64,000 nucleotides of DNA from Dehalococcoidia bacterium (GCA_963555985.3 OY820591.1:1919085-1983084); one strand, 5' to 3'; shown: positions 29,974 to 39,666, numbered from the stretch's first letter. Notes: a model not told the origin generated them from the sequence alone. Numbers and translations are program-made.

Positions 29974-29981
29974 GGCGTGGG

Positions 29982-30905
29982 TCAGTTCAGGCTGCGTTGG
30001 CGGGGCCGGGGGTCGTCCCAGGGGGTATCGCGGCAGGGCGCCCAGGGCGACTCGGCGACGCGCCATTGAGCGCAGTGTTCGGCGATGATTGGCTCGAAGA
30101 GGGTAGCCAGATTGGCGATGTTGGTGCGGGTGTCGAGGGCGCGGTTGCCGCTGAGCAGGAGTGCGAGCGGGGGCAGGAACTCGACCCGGAAGCGCAGCCG
30201 ATCGCGCTCGTTGAGGCGAACGGCGTAGAGCGGGAGCACGTCGGCGTCGGCGCGGAGGGCGAGATCGATCGCGCCGACGGGAAAGCGGGCCTGGCGTCCG
30301 AAGAAGGGCACGCAGGCGCCTCCGCCCTGGAGGTCGCGATCCCAGAGGATGCAGACCACGCCGCCCTCGCGGAGCGCGCGCAGGGCAGCGGCGACGCCGG
30401 TCTGGGTGGCGGTGAGGAACTCGATTCCGACGGCGGCGCGGGAGGCGTTGACGGCTTCGAGTTGGCGCGGGTCGGAGAGTTTCTCGACCAGGGCGAGGGC
30501 GGGGATGTCGAGCGCGGCCAGGGCCTTGAGCGCGACTTCGGGGTTGGAGAGGTGAGCGGTGGTGAGGACAACGCCGCGGCCGGCGCGATGGGCGTTGGTG
30601 AGGTGATGGAGTCCGTGGACGTCGAGCTGGCGGTGGAGGATGCGTTGGGGGGAGAGGGCGGGGAGCACAGCCAGATCGACGTAGTAGCGGGCGGTCTCCT
30701 GGAGGGCGGCCAGAGCAGCGCGGTTGAGTTGGGGCAGTTCCCACTCGGGGTGGATGCGCTGGAGGTTGTTGCGGATGCGCAGGCGTCGGCGTTCGAGCAG
30801 GGGCAGGGCGAGCCGGGTGAGGGTCTCGGCGGTTGTGTAGAGGTCGGTGCGGGGGAGGTATCGGGCGAGGATGGTGAGAGCGCGTAGGAGTGCGGCGGTG
30901 GACAT
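29982..30905 (-). CDS. LpxL/HtrB-family lipid acyltransferase, paralog 1 (PIM acyltransferase-like)
   Basis: Internal ATG at 30905 (307 aa). ..VVLTTAHLSNPE.. carries the H(x4)D/E-type motif. The gene ends 8 nt before the PHP start. Confidence 0.8.
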   Translation of the reverse strand: MSTAALLRALTILARYLPRTDLYTTAETLTRLALPLLERRRLRIRNNLQRIHPEWELPQLNRAALAALQETARYYVDLAVLPALSPQRILHRQLDVHGLHHLTNAHRAGRGVVLTTAHLSNPEVALKALAALDIPALALVEKLSDPRQLEAVNASRAAVGIEFLTATQTGVAAALRALREGGVVCILWDRDLQGGGACVPFFGRQARFPVGAIDLALRADADVLPLYAVRLNERDRLRFRVEFLPPLALLLSGNRALDTRTNIANLATLFEPIIAEHCAQWRVAESPWAPCRDTPWDDPRPRQRSLN

Positions 30906-30970
30906 GGGTTGAGCGTATTGCAGGGGTGGGGTGGTGTTGGTGTTGGCGGGGTTTTGTCTGGGTTCGGGGT

Positions 30971-31030
30971 GGGACCCCCCTCTGTCACTTCGTGACATCT
31001 CCCCCCGCAGTGCGGGGGGAGAGGGGAGAC
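30971..31030. repeat. Family-A short-form repeat
   Basis: gggacccccctctgtcacttcgtgacatctccccccgcagtgcggggggagagggga, nearly identical to 39473-39527. Confidence 0.85.
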
Positions 31031-31102
31031 GCTTTGGGGGCATGTCCGTGCGCGGCGTGGGGGAAGGGGGAGTGGCGACGGGTTGGTTTGTTCGGCATTT
31101 TG

Positions 31103-31957
31103 TTAGGTGAAGAAGGGGCGGAATTGGTACCACTGATCGGGGTCTTGGGCGAGCCAGTGTTCGAATCTGGTGAGGGTTTGGGCGACGATTTGATGGGGGT
31201 CGTCTGCGGTCTCGAAGTCCAGATCGAGGCGGGGCTGGAATTGGAGCAGGCCGCGGCGAACGGCGGTGAGGGGGATGACTTTGGCGTTGGTGAGGGCGGC
31301 GATTCGGCCCATGGTTGCGGGTAGGCGGCAGCGCTCGCCGTAGAGGCTTGCTTCGACGACGCGCTCGCGGCGGCCGATTGGGCGGTCGAAGAGGATGGCG
31401 GCAGTACCGTTGGCGCGGAGATGGGCGACGATCTGGCGGAGTCCGCGTTGACCGGCAGCGGGCTGCATTCCGAGGCGCTCGCGTTGAGTTTGAATGGCGT
31501 CGTTGAGGGCGGGATGGCCGAGGTCGTCGACCAAGACCATGGAGCGGCCGACGGCGTGGGTGTAGGCGCCGCCGAGGATGTCCCAGTTGCCCATGTGCAT
31601 GACAGCGAAGAGGACGGGGCGGCGGCCGTACCAGTCGCGCAACTGGGCCCACTCGCTTTCGTAGCCGGTTTCGAGTGCGCCGAAGCAGTCTTGGGGGGAG
31701 AGTTCGTCGAGGCGGACGGCGTCGACCAGGTACTCGCCGTAGCGCCGGAACTGGGCTCGGGCCAGAGTGCTCGCGCCGCCCGGCCATTGCACGTGGGGGA
31801 GCAGCCGGGCGGCGTTCGCGTGGGCGGCGCGGCGGCCTTGCGGCCAGGCGTAGTAGAGGGCGGTCAGCATCCGCCGGGCGAGGGCGTAGGCGGCGGGCCG
31901 GGGGAGGGTTCGGGCGGCTCGTCCGAGGGTGTGGTAGCCGAGGGCGAGGGGGTGCAT
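31103..31957 (-). CDS. LpxL/HtrB-family lipid acyltransferase, paralog 2
   Basis: Internal ATG at 31957 (284 aa). ..VLFAVMHMGNWD.. is the HxxxxD-like motif. Confidence 0.8.
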   Translation of the reverse strand: MHPLALGYHTLGRAARTLPRPAAYALARRMLTALYYAWPQGRRAAHANAARLLPHVQWPGGASTLARAQFRRYGEYLVDAVRLDELSPQDCFGALETGYESEWAQLRDWYGRRPVLFAVMHMGNWDILGGAYTHAVGRSMVLVDDLGHPALNDAIQTQRERLGMQPAAGQRGLRQIVAHLRANGTAAILFDRPIGRRERVVEASLYGERCRLPATMGRIAALTNAKVIPLTAVRRGLLQFQPRLDLDFETADDPHQIVAQTLTRFEHWLAQDPDQWYQFRPFFT

Positions 31958-31969
31958 TGGGGATTGGGC

Positions 31970-32212
31970 CTCGCTCTCACCCTCTCCTAGTGGAGATCGA
32001 TGCATCATCCCGCGATCGGCTGAGCTCGTCATTTCGGCGTGGGCGGGAGTCCAGATGCCATTCGATACGCCGCATGGATTCCCGCTTTCGCGGGAATGAC
32101 GGGAACGGGAGTTTTGCAAAGGCCTCCCTGCGCGGGTATGACGGATATGGGAGTTTTGCAACGGTCTCCCTACGCGGGGGCAGGCTCTGCGGCAAGCGCG
32201 GGTATGACGAAT
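31970..32212. repeat. Family-B mosaic repeat cluster
   Basis: ..cattcgatacgccgcatggattcccgctttcgcgggaatgacgggaacgggagttttgcaaaggcc..cgcgggtatgacgg.. Confidence 0.8.
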
Positions 32213-32219
32213 CCACGGG

Positions 32220-33320
32220 TTATTCGCCTTGGGCGAAAGTTTCGACGGCGTCTCGGGCGATGTCGTCGGTCCATTGTTCGGGTGGGGATTTCATGAAGTA
32301 GGCGCTGGGGGCGAGGAGTGGGCCGGCGAGGCCTCGGTCGAGGCCTAGTTTGGCGCAGCGGACGGCGTCGATGACGACTCCGGCGCTGTTGGGGGAGTCC
32401 CAGACTTCGAGTTTGAGTTCGAGGTTGAGGGGGACGTCGCCGAAGGTGGTGCCTTCGATGCGGATGTGGCACCACTTGCGGTCGTCGAGCCAGGGGACGT
32501 GATCGGAGGGGCCGACGTGGACGTCGCCGGGCGGGAGTTCGTAGTCGATCTGGCTGGTGACGGCGTTGGTCTTGCTGATCTTCTTGGATTCGAGGCGCTC
32601 GCGTTCGAGCATGTTGTAGAAGTCGGTGTTGCCGCCGAAGTTGAGTTGGTAGGTGCGGTCGATCTGGACGCCGCGGTCGCGGAAGAGTCGGGAGAGGACG
32701 CGGTGGACGATGGTGGCGCCGACCTGGGACTTGATGTCGTCGCCCACGATCGGCGCGCCCGCCCGCCGGAAGCGGTTGGCCCAGTACTCCTCGCGGGCGA
32801 TGAAGACGGGGATGCAGTTGACGAAGCCGCAGCCCGCTTCCAGCACCTGCTCGACGTACCACTTGGTCGCCTCTTCGGAGCCGACCGGCAGGTAGTTGAT
32901 CACGACGTCGACGTCTCGCTCCTTGAGGATTTGGGCGACATCGACAGTCGAGCCGGGCGCTTTCTCGATCATCGTGGAGAGATACTTGCCCAGTCCGTCG
33001 TGGGTCATGCCGCGCTCGACGGGGACGCCGAGGTAGGGCACGTCGCAGAACTTCACGGTGTTGTTGGGTTCGCAGAAGATGGCCTCCGAGAGATCTTTAC
33101 CGACCTTGTTGCGGTCGATGTCGAAGGCGGCGACGAAGTTGAGGTCGGCGATCGAGTAGCCGCCGAGCACGGCGTGCATGATGCCTGGGATTTCGTCGCC
33201 GTCCTGGGCGTTCTGGTAGTGGGTGACGCCCTGTACGAGGGAGGAGGCGCAGTTGCCGACGCCGATGATGGCGACGTTGATTTTGGACTGGGGCGCGGGA
33301 TCGGAGTGAGCTTCGGGCAT
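32220..33320 (-). CDS. ino1: myo-Inositol-1-phosphate synthase
   Basis: The internal ATG at 33320, preceded by AAGGAA, gives [26 protein letters not shown].. (NAD fold), followed by ..[10 protein letters not shown].. and a conserved C-terminal half. Confidence 0.92.
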   Translation of the reverse strand: MPEAHSDPAPQSKINVAIIGVGNCASSLVQGVTHYQNAQDGDEIPGIMHAVLGGYSIADLNFVAAFDIDRNKVGKDLSEAIFCEPNNTVKFCDVPYLGVPVERGMTHDGLGKYLSTMIEKAPGSTVDVAQILKERDVDVVINYLPVGSEEATKWYVEQVLEAGCGFVNCIPVFIAREEYWANRFRRAGAPIVGDDIKSQVGATIVHRVLSRLFRDRGVQIDRTYQLNFGGNTDFYNMLERERLESKKISKTNAVTSQIDYELPPGDVHVGPSDHVPWLDDRKWCHIRIEGTTFGDVPLNLELKLEVWDSPNSAGVVIDAVRCAKLGLDRGLAGPLLAPSAYFMKSPPEQWTDDIARDAVETFAQGE

Positions 33321-33489
33321 AGGGGTTCCTTGCGGCGAGTGACGGCGGGGGAGACTTGCCGCCGTGGCGGGGCGGAAGCTCGCCAGAGGTGCGCCGCGTC
33401 CGCCGCCTGCGAGTACTGCAAGGTAGCAGCGGGAGTGTGGGGATAGTGTTCCGCAGTGCACAGGGGTTGGGTGAGGGGTTGGGGGGTTG

Positions 33490-33680
33490 GGGAGTCCCCC
33501 CTCTGTCCCCCGCCTGCGCGGGGGCAGGCGCTGCGGGGCATCTCCCTCCGCAGTGCGGGGGGAGAGGGGAGGTTGGTTGGGGGCGTTTGTGCTGGGGGTG
33601 GCGTTTCACCCCCTCTGCCCCGTTGGGGCATCTCCCCCTTGAGGGGGAGATTCTTGGGGGCGGGGATGACGGAATTGTGG
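33490..33680. repeat. Family-A mosaic repeat cluster (long form plus A3 module)
   Basis: ggagtcccccctctgtcccccgcctgcgcgggggcagg.. followed by gcgtttcaccccctctgccccgttggggcatctcccccttgagggggagattcttggggg. The latter is nearly identical to 39559-39618. Confidence 0.85.
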
Positions 33681-33691
33681 GTGGGCATGGG

Positions 33692-35113
33692 TTAGAGCTG
33701 ATTTCTCATGCTGGCGATGCGGCCGCGGTCGAGCGGCGGGAGGTGGAAGAACTCGATCCGGGTGGTTGGAGCTTGGGGCCGGGGTTGGGCCAGCTCGTGG
33801 CAGTAGCGGTCGGCGTCCAGGAGGTCGTCGTCGCGGTCTCGGGGTTGGGGGTTGGCGGCGCGGGGGTCTCGCCACTGGTACTCGCGCATCCGGCGCGGGA
33901 ACTGGACGAGCTCGGGGGTGTAGAAGGAGGTGGGCGGGTCGTTCGAGAGGCGTTCTTGGACCAGGCCGATGCCCTGGTGGACGGAGCCGGGCCCGCCCCG
34001 GCTGGGGCGGATGTCGCGCCCGCGGCGGTGGAGGTGGTCGATCCAGGCGGATTGGCTGCGGTCGGCGTTCCAACTGATCGAGCCGAAGCGCCGGCGGCAG
34101 TGGAGCATCCACTGTTCGAGCCGTTGAGTGACGCCGGGGCCGCGGTCCTCGAACTCGGCCAGGCGGATGAGGACATTGGGTCCGCAGACGGCGTAGCGGG
34201 CGGTGAGGCCGGCGACGATGCCGGCGGTGTAGTGGGCCTGCTCGGTCTGGGCGCCGAAGTCGAGGCCGCCGAGGTAACGCTCGAAGCTGGGCAGGCGCTT
34301 ATCCCAGAGGTGGCGTTTGGGGTCGAACTTGGGGTAGACCAGACCCTCGAAGGCGTCGAAGCGGCCCTCGATGAAGCGTTCGACCCAGTCGGGCGGGAGC
34401 AGGGCGCGTTGCTGTTCGGCGTAGTTGTCGGGCAGATGGGGGTTGTCCTCGATCTTGGCGGGGATGAAGACTGCTTGTCCGCCGGCGTGCTCGAGTTCAG
34501 CTTTGTTCAGTTCGCGTTGGACGAACCAGCGCTCGAACCAGCCTGGGTGGGGGTTGGAGGCGGCCACGAACCAGCGTTGCGGTTGGGCCGGGTGGCGGAG
34601 TCTGGTCAAGAGCATTTGGGCGGCTTCTTCGGCGACTTCGCCGGCTTCGTCGATCAGGACGGTGCCGTACTGCTGGGAGCCGAGGCCGGTCCAGTCGGAG
34701 AGATGGCGAAAGTGGATCGTGGAGGGTTCGCTCGAGTACTGGAGGCTGCTGACCGTGAGGGAATGGGTGGGTGAACTGCGGCGTTGGACGGTGAGGTCGG
34801 GGTCAGCGGTGCAGATGCGCAGGAACTCGCCCATGGTCGTGGTGTAGAGGTCTGTGAACGTGTCGCGTGCGAGCAGGATGTTGTTGCCCGGGAAGATCAA
34901 GGCCGCGTCCAGGGCGAGCTCGGCCAGGGCGCGGGTCTTGCCGCCGCCCATGGCGCCGCCGTAGCCGACCAGGGCGAGGCCGGGATTGGGCACGGTAGCG
35001 ACTGCGCAACAGAGCTCGCGCTGTCTGTCCGTCGGAAAAAAACCGCGAGACTTGTGCAAGCGGTCGAACGCAACGACCGCCCGCTTTGAGCTGGGGGTAT
35101 TACTGTGGCTCAT
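33692..35113 (-). CDS. Phage terminase large subunit
   Basis: Walker A GYGGAMGGGKT, Walker B ..GTVLIDEAGE.., and a C-terminal RNaseH-like nuclease region ..DDDLLDADRYC.. Confidence 0.85.
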   Translation of the reverse strand: MSHSNTPSSKRAVVAFDRLHKSRGFFPTDRQRELCCAVATVPNPGLALVGYGGAMGGGKTRALAELALDAALIFPGNNILLARDTFTDLYTTTMGEFLRICTADPDLTVQRRSSPTHSLTVSSLQYSSEPSTIHFRHLSDWTGLGSQQYGTVLIDEAGEVAEEAAQMLLTRLRHPAQPQRWFVAASNPHPGWFERWFVQRELNKAELEHAGGQAVFIPAKIEDNPHLPDNYAEQQRALLPPDWVERFIEGRFDAFEGLVYPKFDPKRHLWDKRLPSFERYLGGLDFGAQTEQAHYTAGIVAGLTARYAVCGPNVLIRLAEFEDRGPGVTQRLEQWMLHCRRRFGSISWNADRSQSAWIDHLHRRGRDIRPSRGGPGSVHQGIGLVQERLSNDPPTSFYTPELVQFPRRMREYQWRDPRAANPQPRDRDDDLLDADRYCHELAQPRPQAPTTRIEFFHLPPLDRGRIASMRNQL

Positions 35114-35456
35114 CCTCTTCCTCTTCGCTTTCCTCGTCCTCCGTCAGGGGGACGTCTTCGCCGCGCATGAGGGCGGCTGCTTGGGCGTGGACCGAGTGGA
35201 GGTGGAACTCCTTCTGCTGCTCAGCGGTGAGCGGGGCTTCGGGCAGGTGGGGGGAATGGTTGGGCCGGGGCGGGGGCTCGGGGTGGGGCACGATGCCGAG
35301 CGCGTGGTGGATCTCGCGGCTCTTGGGGTTGGCCGGGGAGAGTTCGCGGCGCAGGATGGCGAAGGCTTGGGCGCGGACGTAGCCGGGTTCGCGCTTGCAG
35401 AAGGCGAGCTCGCCGACGCCGGCCATGGCGGACTGGTAGCTGTAGTTGAAGGGCAT
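35100..35456 (-). CDS. Hypothetical protein occupying the terminase small-subunit position
   Basis: Internal ATG at 35456 (118 aa). Overlaps the TerL start by 14 nt. Acidic tail EDEESEEEEDEPQ. No recognisable motif. Confidence 0.45.
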   Translation of the reverse strand: MPFNYSYQSAMAGVGELAFCKREPGYVRAQAFAILRRELSPANPKSREIHHALGIVPHPEPPPRPNHSPHLPEAPLTAEQQKEFHLHSVHAQAAALMRGEDVPLTEDEESEEEEDEPQ

Positions 35457-35556
35457 GGGTCGGGGTTCCTCTCTTGCTGAATAAAGGACACTTGATCTTA
35501 TATGGATGGGTGCTCGGGTGGGTAATTTGGGGGTGTGTCGTGGTTGACTGAGGGTT

Positions 35557-35784
35557 GGGGAGTCCCCCCCTCTGTCGCTACGCGACATCTCCCCCCGCGG
35601 AGGGGGGGAGAGGGGAGAAGAAGGGAAGGGGTGAGGTGAGGGTTGGGTGCTGGTCACGGCGAGATACCCGCGACGGAGCGCGGGTATGACGGAGCTTGTT
35701 TGGGGCGGGGATGACGGAGGTGGGGATTTCGCAACGGTCTCCGCAGGCGGGAGTCCGGATGCCATTCGAGACGCCGCATGGATT
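35557..35784. repeat. Mosaic repeat cluster (A then B), truncated on the right by the IS30 insertion
   Basis: ggagtccccccctctgtcgctacgcgacatctccccccgcgg.., ..gagatacccgcgacggagcgcgggtatgacgg.., and ..gagacgccgcatggatt ending at 35784. Confidence 0.8.
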
Positions 35785-36825
35785 TCCTAGTCTCACAGAC
35801 GAAGTGCGACAGATGATTGAGGTGAGCCCATGGGCGCGCAGTACACGCAGTTGGACCTGGCGGAGCGATGCGCGGTTGCCCGCTTACAGGCCGAGGGGCG
35901 CTCGATCCGGCAGATCGCTGCAGCTCTGGATCGCTCGCCATCGACGATTGCTCGAGAGCTGAAACGCAACACGGCGCGCGACGGCTACCGTCCCGACTAC
36001 GCCCAGCAACAGGCCCAGGCGCGGCGCTGGCGCGGTTCGCGGCTGGAACGCGACGATCAGCTGCGCGCGCGGGTGCTGCGCGAGTTGGCCCGCGGGCTCT
36101 CGCCGCAACAGGTCGCAGGCCGGCTGGCGCGCGAGGCGGGCGCGCCGGTGATCTCGCACGAGAGCATCTACCGCTTCATCTACGCCCAAGCCTCGCGGGC
36201 CAAGCCCGGCCGCGGCGGCGGTTGGCGCCAGTATCTGCCGCGGCGCAAGGCGAAACGCGGTTGGCGCGGGCGCAAAGGCGGCAGTTCGGTCGAGCGCATC
36301 CAACTGCGGCGGCCCCTGAGCGAGCGCCCGGCGGCGGCCGCCGGGCGGCTCGAAGCCGGTCACTGGGAGGCCGACCTGATGCTCTTCGGGCGCGGCGGTC
36401 CGCTCCTGCTGATGCTGCACGAGCGCTCCTCGCGGCTGCTCGTGGGCTTGCCCGTGGCGGGCAAGGCGGCCGCTCCGGTCGCGCGCCTGCTGCTCAGCCT
36501 GCTCCGCGCCTGGCCGCCCGCCCTGCGGCGCACGGTCGCGTTCGACAACGGGACCGAGTTCGCCCGCCACTACGAACTGCACCGGCTGGGCGTGGAGACC
36601 TTCTTCTGCGACCCCTACGCGCCCTGGCAGAAGGGCGGGATCGAGAATGCGATCGGACGCCTGCGCCGGGTCCTGCCGCGCCGGCTCGACCTCGCCCAAC
36701 TCAGCCTCGCGCGTTTGATCGAAGTGCTGCAGTTGTACAACAACACCCCCCGCCAGTGCCTCGACTACCTCTCCCCGGCCGAAGTCTTCGGTCGGCAGTT
36801 GTTGCAGTTGCAATGTGAACCCACC
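35785..36825 (+). mobile_element. IS30-family insertion sequence (~1.04 kb; boundaries inferred from the interrupted repeat)
   Basis: The flanks ..ccgcatggatt | IS | ttcccgcctgcgcgggaatgacgg rebuild an intact family-B module (compare 27023-27056) with a putative 2-bp TT duplication. Terminal inverted repeats are only weakly recognisable by eye. Confidence 0.6.
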
Positions 36826-36846
36826 TTCCCGCCTGCGCGGGAATGA
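35830..36846 (+). CDS. IS30-family transposase
   Basis: N-terminal HTH ..GRSIRQIAAALDRSPSTIARELKRN.. and a DDE core ..GHWEADLM.. The last 7 codons and the stop lie in the flanking repeat. Confidence 0.88.
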   Translation: MGAQYTQLDLAERCAVARLQAEGRSIRQIAAALDRSPSTIARELKRNTARDGYRPDYAQQQAQARRWRGSRLERDDQLRARVLRELARGLSPQQVAGRLAREAGAPVISHESIYRFIYAQASRAKPGRGGGWRQYLPRRKAKRGWRGRKGGSSVERIQLRRPLSERPAAAAGRLEAGHWEADLMLFGRGGPLLLMLHERSSRLLVGLPVAGKAAAPVARLLLSLLRAWPPALRRTVAFDNGTEFARHYELHRLGVETFFCDPYAPWQKGGIENAIGRLRRVLPRRLDLAQLSLARLIEVLQLYNNTPRQCLDYLSPAEVFGRQLLQLQCEPTFPPARE

Positions 36847-36885
36847 CGGAATTGGGGATTTACGCGCGGGTCTCCTCAAGGGGGA
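36826..36885. repeat. Right-hand remainder of the IS-interrupted family-B module
   Basis: ttcccgcctgcgcgggaatgacggaattggggatttacgcgcgggtctcctcaaggggg. Confidence 0.75.
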
Positions 36886-37013
36886 TGGGGGAGGCGATAG
36901 GATGGGTGGTACTGGGACTGGCCAGGTATTGGGCTTTGCCGATGTGCAGTGGGCGGACGACATCGACTCGCGTTCGAGCGGTTTTTCCTGATCCGCCACG
37001 ACGGCCGGGGGAT

Positions 37014-37757
37014 ATGACCAGCTTTAAACACATCGCGATCAGCGGGAATGCTCATCACCTGCTTCAGCACTTCATTGAGCGGGGCGGGCGGCCGGAGACC
37101 ATGCTGGTTGGGGGCGAGCTGTATTTGAGTCCTGATTTCGGGGTGGGGCGGCGGGGATTGCGGGTGCCTGACCTGTTGGTGGCGTTCGATGTCGACATAG
37201 AGGCGTATTACCGCAGCAATGCGTATGTGATTTCGGAGCAGGGCAAGCCGCCCGACTTTGTGCTGGAGGTCGCTTCGCCGAGCACGGCGCGGGTGGATAC
37301 GGGAGTGAAGCGGGAGGCGTACGCGGCGCTTGGGGTGGGAGAGTACTGGCGGTTTGACGAGACGGGGCGGTTGCATGGGGCGCGTCTGGCGGGCGACCGG
37401 CTGGTTGAGGGCGAATATGAGCCGCTTGCGCTAGAGGAGTTGTCGGCGGATGCGGTGCAGGGGTACAGCGCGGCGCTCGATTTGCATCTACGCTGGGAAC
37501 GGGGCGAGCTGGTGTTCGTTGATCCGGCGACGGAACGTCGGATCCTGAGCTATGAGGATCAGCGTCTGCGGGCGGATGAGGAAACGGCGGCGCGGATTCG
37601 GGCGGAAGCGCAGCTCGACCAAGAAGAGGCAGCGCGCGTTCGTGAAGAAGCCGCGCGGGAGCGGGCGGAGGCCGCGCGCGAGCAGGCCGAGGCGCGAGTG
37701 CGCGAATTGGAACGACAACTTGAGGGCCGCTCTGAGGGCGGCGAACAGGAAGCGTGA
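37014..37757 (+). CDS. Uma2-family (DUF820) endonuclease with a C-terminal coiled coil
   Basis: Internal ATG at 37014. ..PDLLVAFDVD..PPDFVLEVASPST..KREAYAALGVGEYWRFD.. is a PD-(D/E)xK-like core. Tail: ..ARVRELERQLEG. Confidence 0.85.
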   Translation: MTSFKHIAISGNAHHLLQHFIERGGRPETMLVGGELYLSPDFGVGRRGLRVPDLLVAFDVDIEAYYRSNAYVISEQGKPPDFVLEVASPSTARVDTGVKREAYAALGVGEYWRFDETGRLHGARLAGDRLVEGEYEPLALEELSADAVQGYSAALDLHLRWERGELVFVDPATERRILSYEDQRLRADEETAARIRAEAQLDQEEAARVREEAARERAEAAREQAEARVRELERQLEGRSEGGEQEA

Positions 37758-37760
37758 GGT

Positions 37761-39464
37761 TTGAAGTTGAGCGCTGCACTGAGGACGGTCTCGGAGATTT
37801 CTCACTGGTACGTAGATGCGATCGCGGCAGAGCATCCGAATCTGGCGACCTCGCTGGGGATTGCGGGGGGAGAGACGGAGTTGACGGACTACTCGCCAGA
37901 CGGTCAGGCGGCGCGGACGGCGGTTCGCAAGCGGGCCGAGGCGGCGCTGGCGGAGGCGCCGATTGAGAGTGAGCGGGATCGGGTGGCGCGGGATGTGATG
38001 TTGGAGCGGTTTGAGTATGAGGCAGAGTTGGAGTCGCAGCAGGAGCATCTGCGCTCGCTGAACATTTTGGCGTCGCCGTTGCAGAACACTCGCTCGGTGT
38101 TTGATTTGATGCCGAAGGGGTCGGAGGAGGACCAGGCGAAGATCGTCGAGCGGATGGGCGCGGTGCCGGAGGCGCTGGAACGCTATCGGGCGTCGCTGGC
38201 GGCGGGGCTGGATGAAGGGATCGTGGTGGCGCAGCGGCAGGTTCGGGGTGCGGTTGAGCAGTGCCGGGTGTGGGCGGGGCAGGGAACCCCCCTTCAGCCT
38301 TCGGCAGGAGCCAAGTCGTTCTTCCGGCAGCTTTGCGATGACCTGGGGATTGATGGCGGCGAGAACGTCACCGCGGCCGAGCGGGGCTATGCGGCGATGG
38401 GGGATTGGTTGGAGACTGAGTACCTGCCCAAGGCGAATCCTCGCGATCCGGTGGGGCGGGAGCGGTATGCGGCGGCGTCTCGGGGGTTCAATGGGATCGA
38501 GCTTGATTTGGAGGAGACGTATGCGTGGGGCTGGGAAGAGTTGTGGCGGATTCAGGAGGAGATGCGGGAGACAGCGGAGCGGATTTCGGCGGGGGCGTCG
38601 GTAGCGGAGGCGATTGCGATTCTGGAAGCGGACGCAGAACGCACGATTGAGGGGGAAGACGCCTTTCGGGAGTGGATGCAGGAGACGCAGGATCGGACGA
38701 TGGGGGAGTTGCAGGGGCGGCATTTTGAGATCGCGGAGCCGGTGCAGCGGATCGAGGCGATGATTGCGCCTCCGGGCGGGGCGCTGGCGATGTATTACAC
38801 GGGTCCGACGGAGGATTTTTCGCGTCCGGGGCGGACGTGGTATCCGACCGGGGGGGCGACGCGGTTTCCGCTCTGGCGGGAGTTGTCGGTGTGTTATCAC
38901 GAGGGGGTGCCGGGGCATCACTTGCAGATTGGGACGACGCGCTGGCTGGGGGAGCGGCTGACGCGGTATCAGCGGCTGTTGGCGGGGACGTCGGGGTATG
39001 TGGAGGGTTGGGCGCTGTACGCGGAGCGTTTGATGGCGGAGTTGGGGTATCTGGAGGATCCGGCGTACTACATGGGGTTGTTGTCGAGTCAGGCGTTGCG
39101 GGCGGCGCGGGTGGTGGTGGATATCGGGATGCACCTGGAGTTGACGATTCCGGAGCGGGAGCCGGCGTTTGGGGGCGCGGATTACGGAGGCGAAGTGTGG
39201 CGGGGGGAGATTGCGCTGCCGTTCTTGTTGGAGCGGTCGTTCTTTCCTGCGCAGATGTTGGCGAGTGAGGTGGATCGGTATCTGGGCTGGCCGGGGCAGG
39301 CGATTAGCTACAAGGTGGGGGAGCGGGAGTGGTTGGCGGCGCGGGAGTCGGCGCGGTCGGCGCTGGGGAGCGAGTTTGATTTGAAGCGGTTTCATGCGGA
39401 GGCGTTGGAGTTGGGTCCGATGGGGTTGGGGCAGTTGCGGTCGGAGATGTCGGGGTTGGAGTGA
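37761..39464 (+). CDS. DUF885-family protein (metallopeptidase-like)
   Basis: ..CYHEGVPGHHLQ.. motif and a DUF885-like length of 567 aa. The track places the start at TTG. Confidence 0.8.
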   Translation: MKLSAALRTVSEISHWYVDAIAAEHPNLATSLGIAGGETELTDYSPDGQAARTAVRKRAEAALAEAPIESERDRVARDVMLERFEYEAELESQQEHLRSLNILASPLQNTRSVFDLMPKGSEEDQAKIVERMGAVPEALERYRASLAAGLDEGIVVAQRQVRGAVEQCRVWAGQGTPLQPSAGAKSFFRQLCDDLGIDGGENVTAAERGYAAMGDWLETEYLPKANPRDPVGRERYAAASRGFNGIELDLEETYAWGWEELWRIQEEMRETAERISAGASVAEAIAILEADAERTIEGEDAFREWMQETQDRTMGELQGRHFEIAEPVQRIEAMIAPPGGALAMYYTGPTEDFSRPGRTWYPTGGATRFPLWRELSVCYHEGVPGHHLQIGTTRWLGERLTRYQRLLAGTSGYVEGWALYAERLMAELGYLEDPAYYMGLLSSQALRAARVVVDIGMHLELTIPEREPAFGGADYGGEVWRGEIALPFLLERSFFPAQMLASEVDRYLGWPGQAISYKVGEREWLAARESARSALGSEFDLKRFHAEALELGPMGLGQLRSEMSGLE

Positions 39465-39470
39465 GTGGTT

Positions 39471-39625
39471 GGGGGACCCCCCTCTGTCACTTCGTGACAT
39501 CTCCCCCCGCAGTGCGGGGGGAGAGGCTCCGGGTTTAGGGGGTTGGGTGCTGGATGTGGCGTTTCACCCCCTCTGCCCCGTTGGGGCATCTCCCCCTTGA
39601 GGGGGAGATTCTTGGGGGGGCGGGG
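39471..39625. repeat. Family-A mosaic repeat cluster (short form plus A3 module)
   Basis: gggggacccccctctgtcacttcgtgacatctccccccgcagtgcggggggagagg.. followed by gcgtttcaccccctctgccccgttggggcatctcccccttgagggggagattcttggggg. Confidence 0.85.
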
Positions 39626-39666
39626 TAGTATTGAGGGACTGGGCGGTTGCCGGGGATGGAGTTGGT

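Noticed and set aside
29227-31787. The very long N-terminal extensions of track ORFs 29227-30744 and 29982-31787, and likewise 31103-32161, 32220-33461 and 35100-35765.
   Set aside because: The extensions are Arg/Pro-rich or are translations of hairpin repeats (for example ..GEMSRSDRGG.. and ..SFPRKRESM..). Internal ATGs with Shine-Dalgarno-like sequences give proteins of canonical length, so the genes were trimmed.
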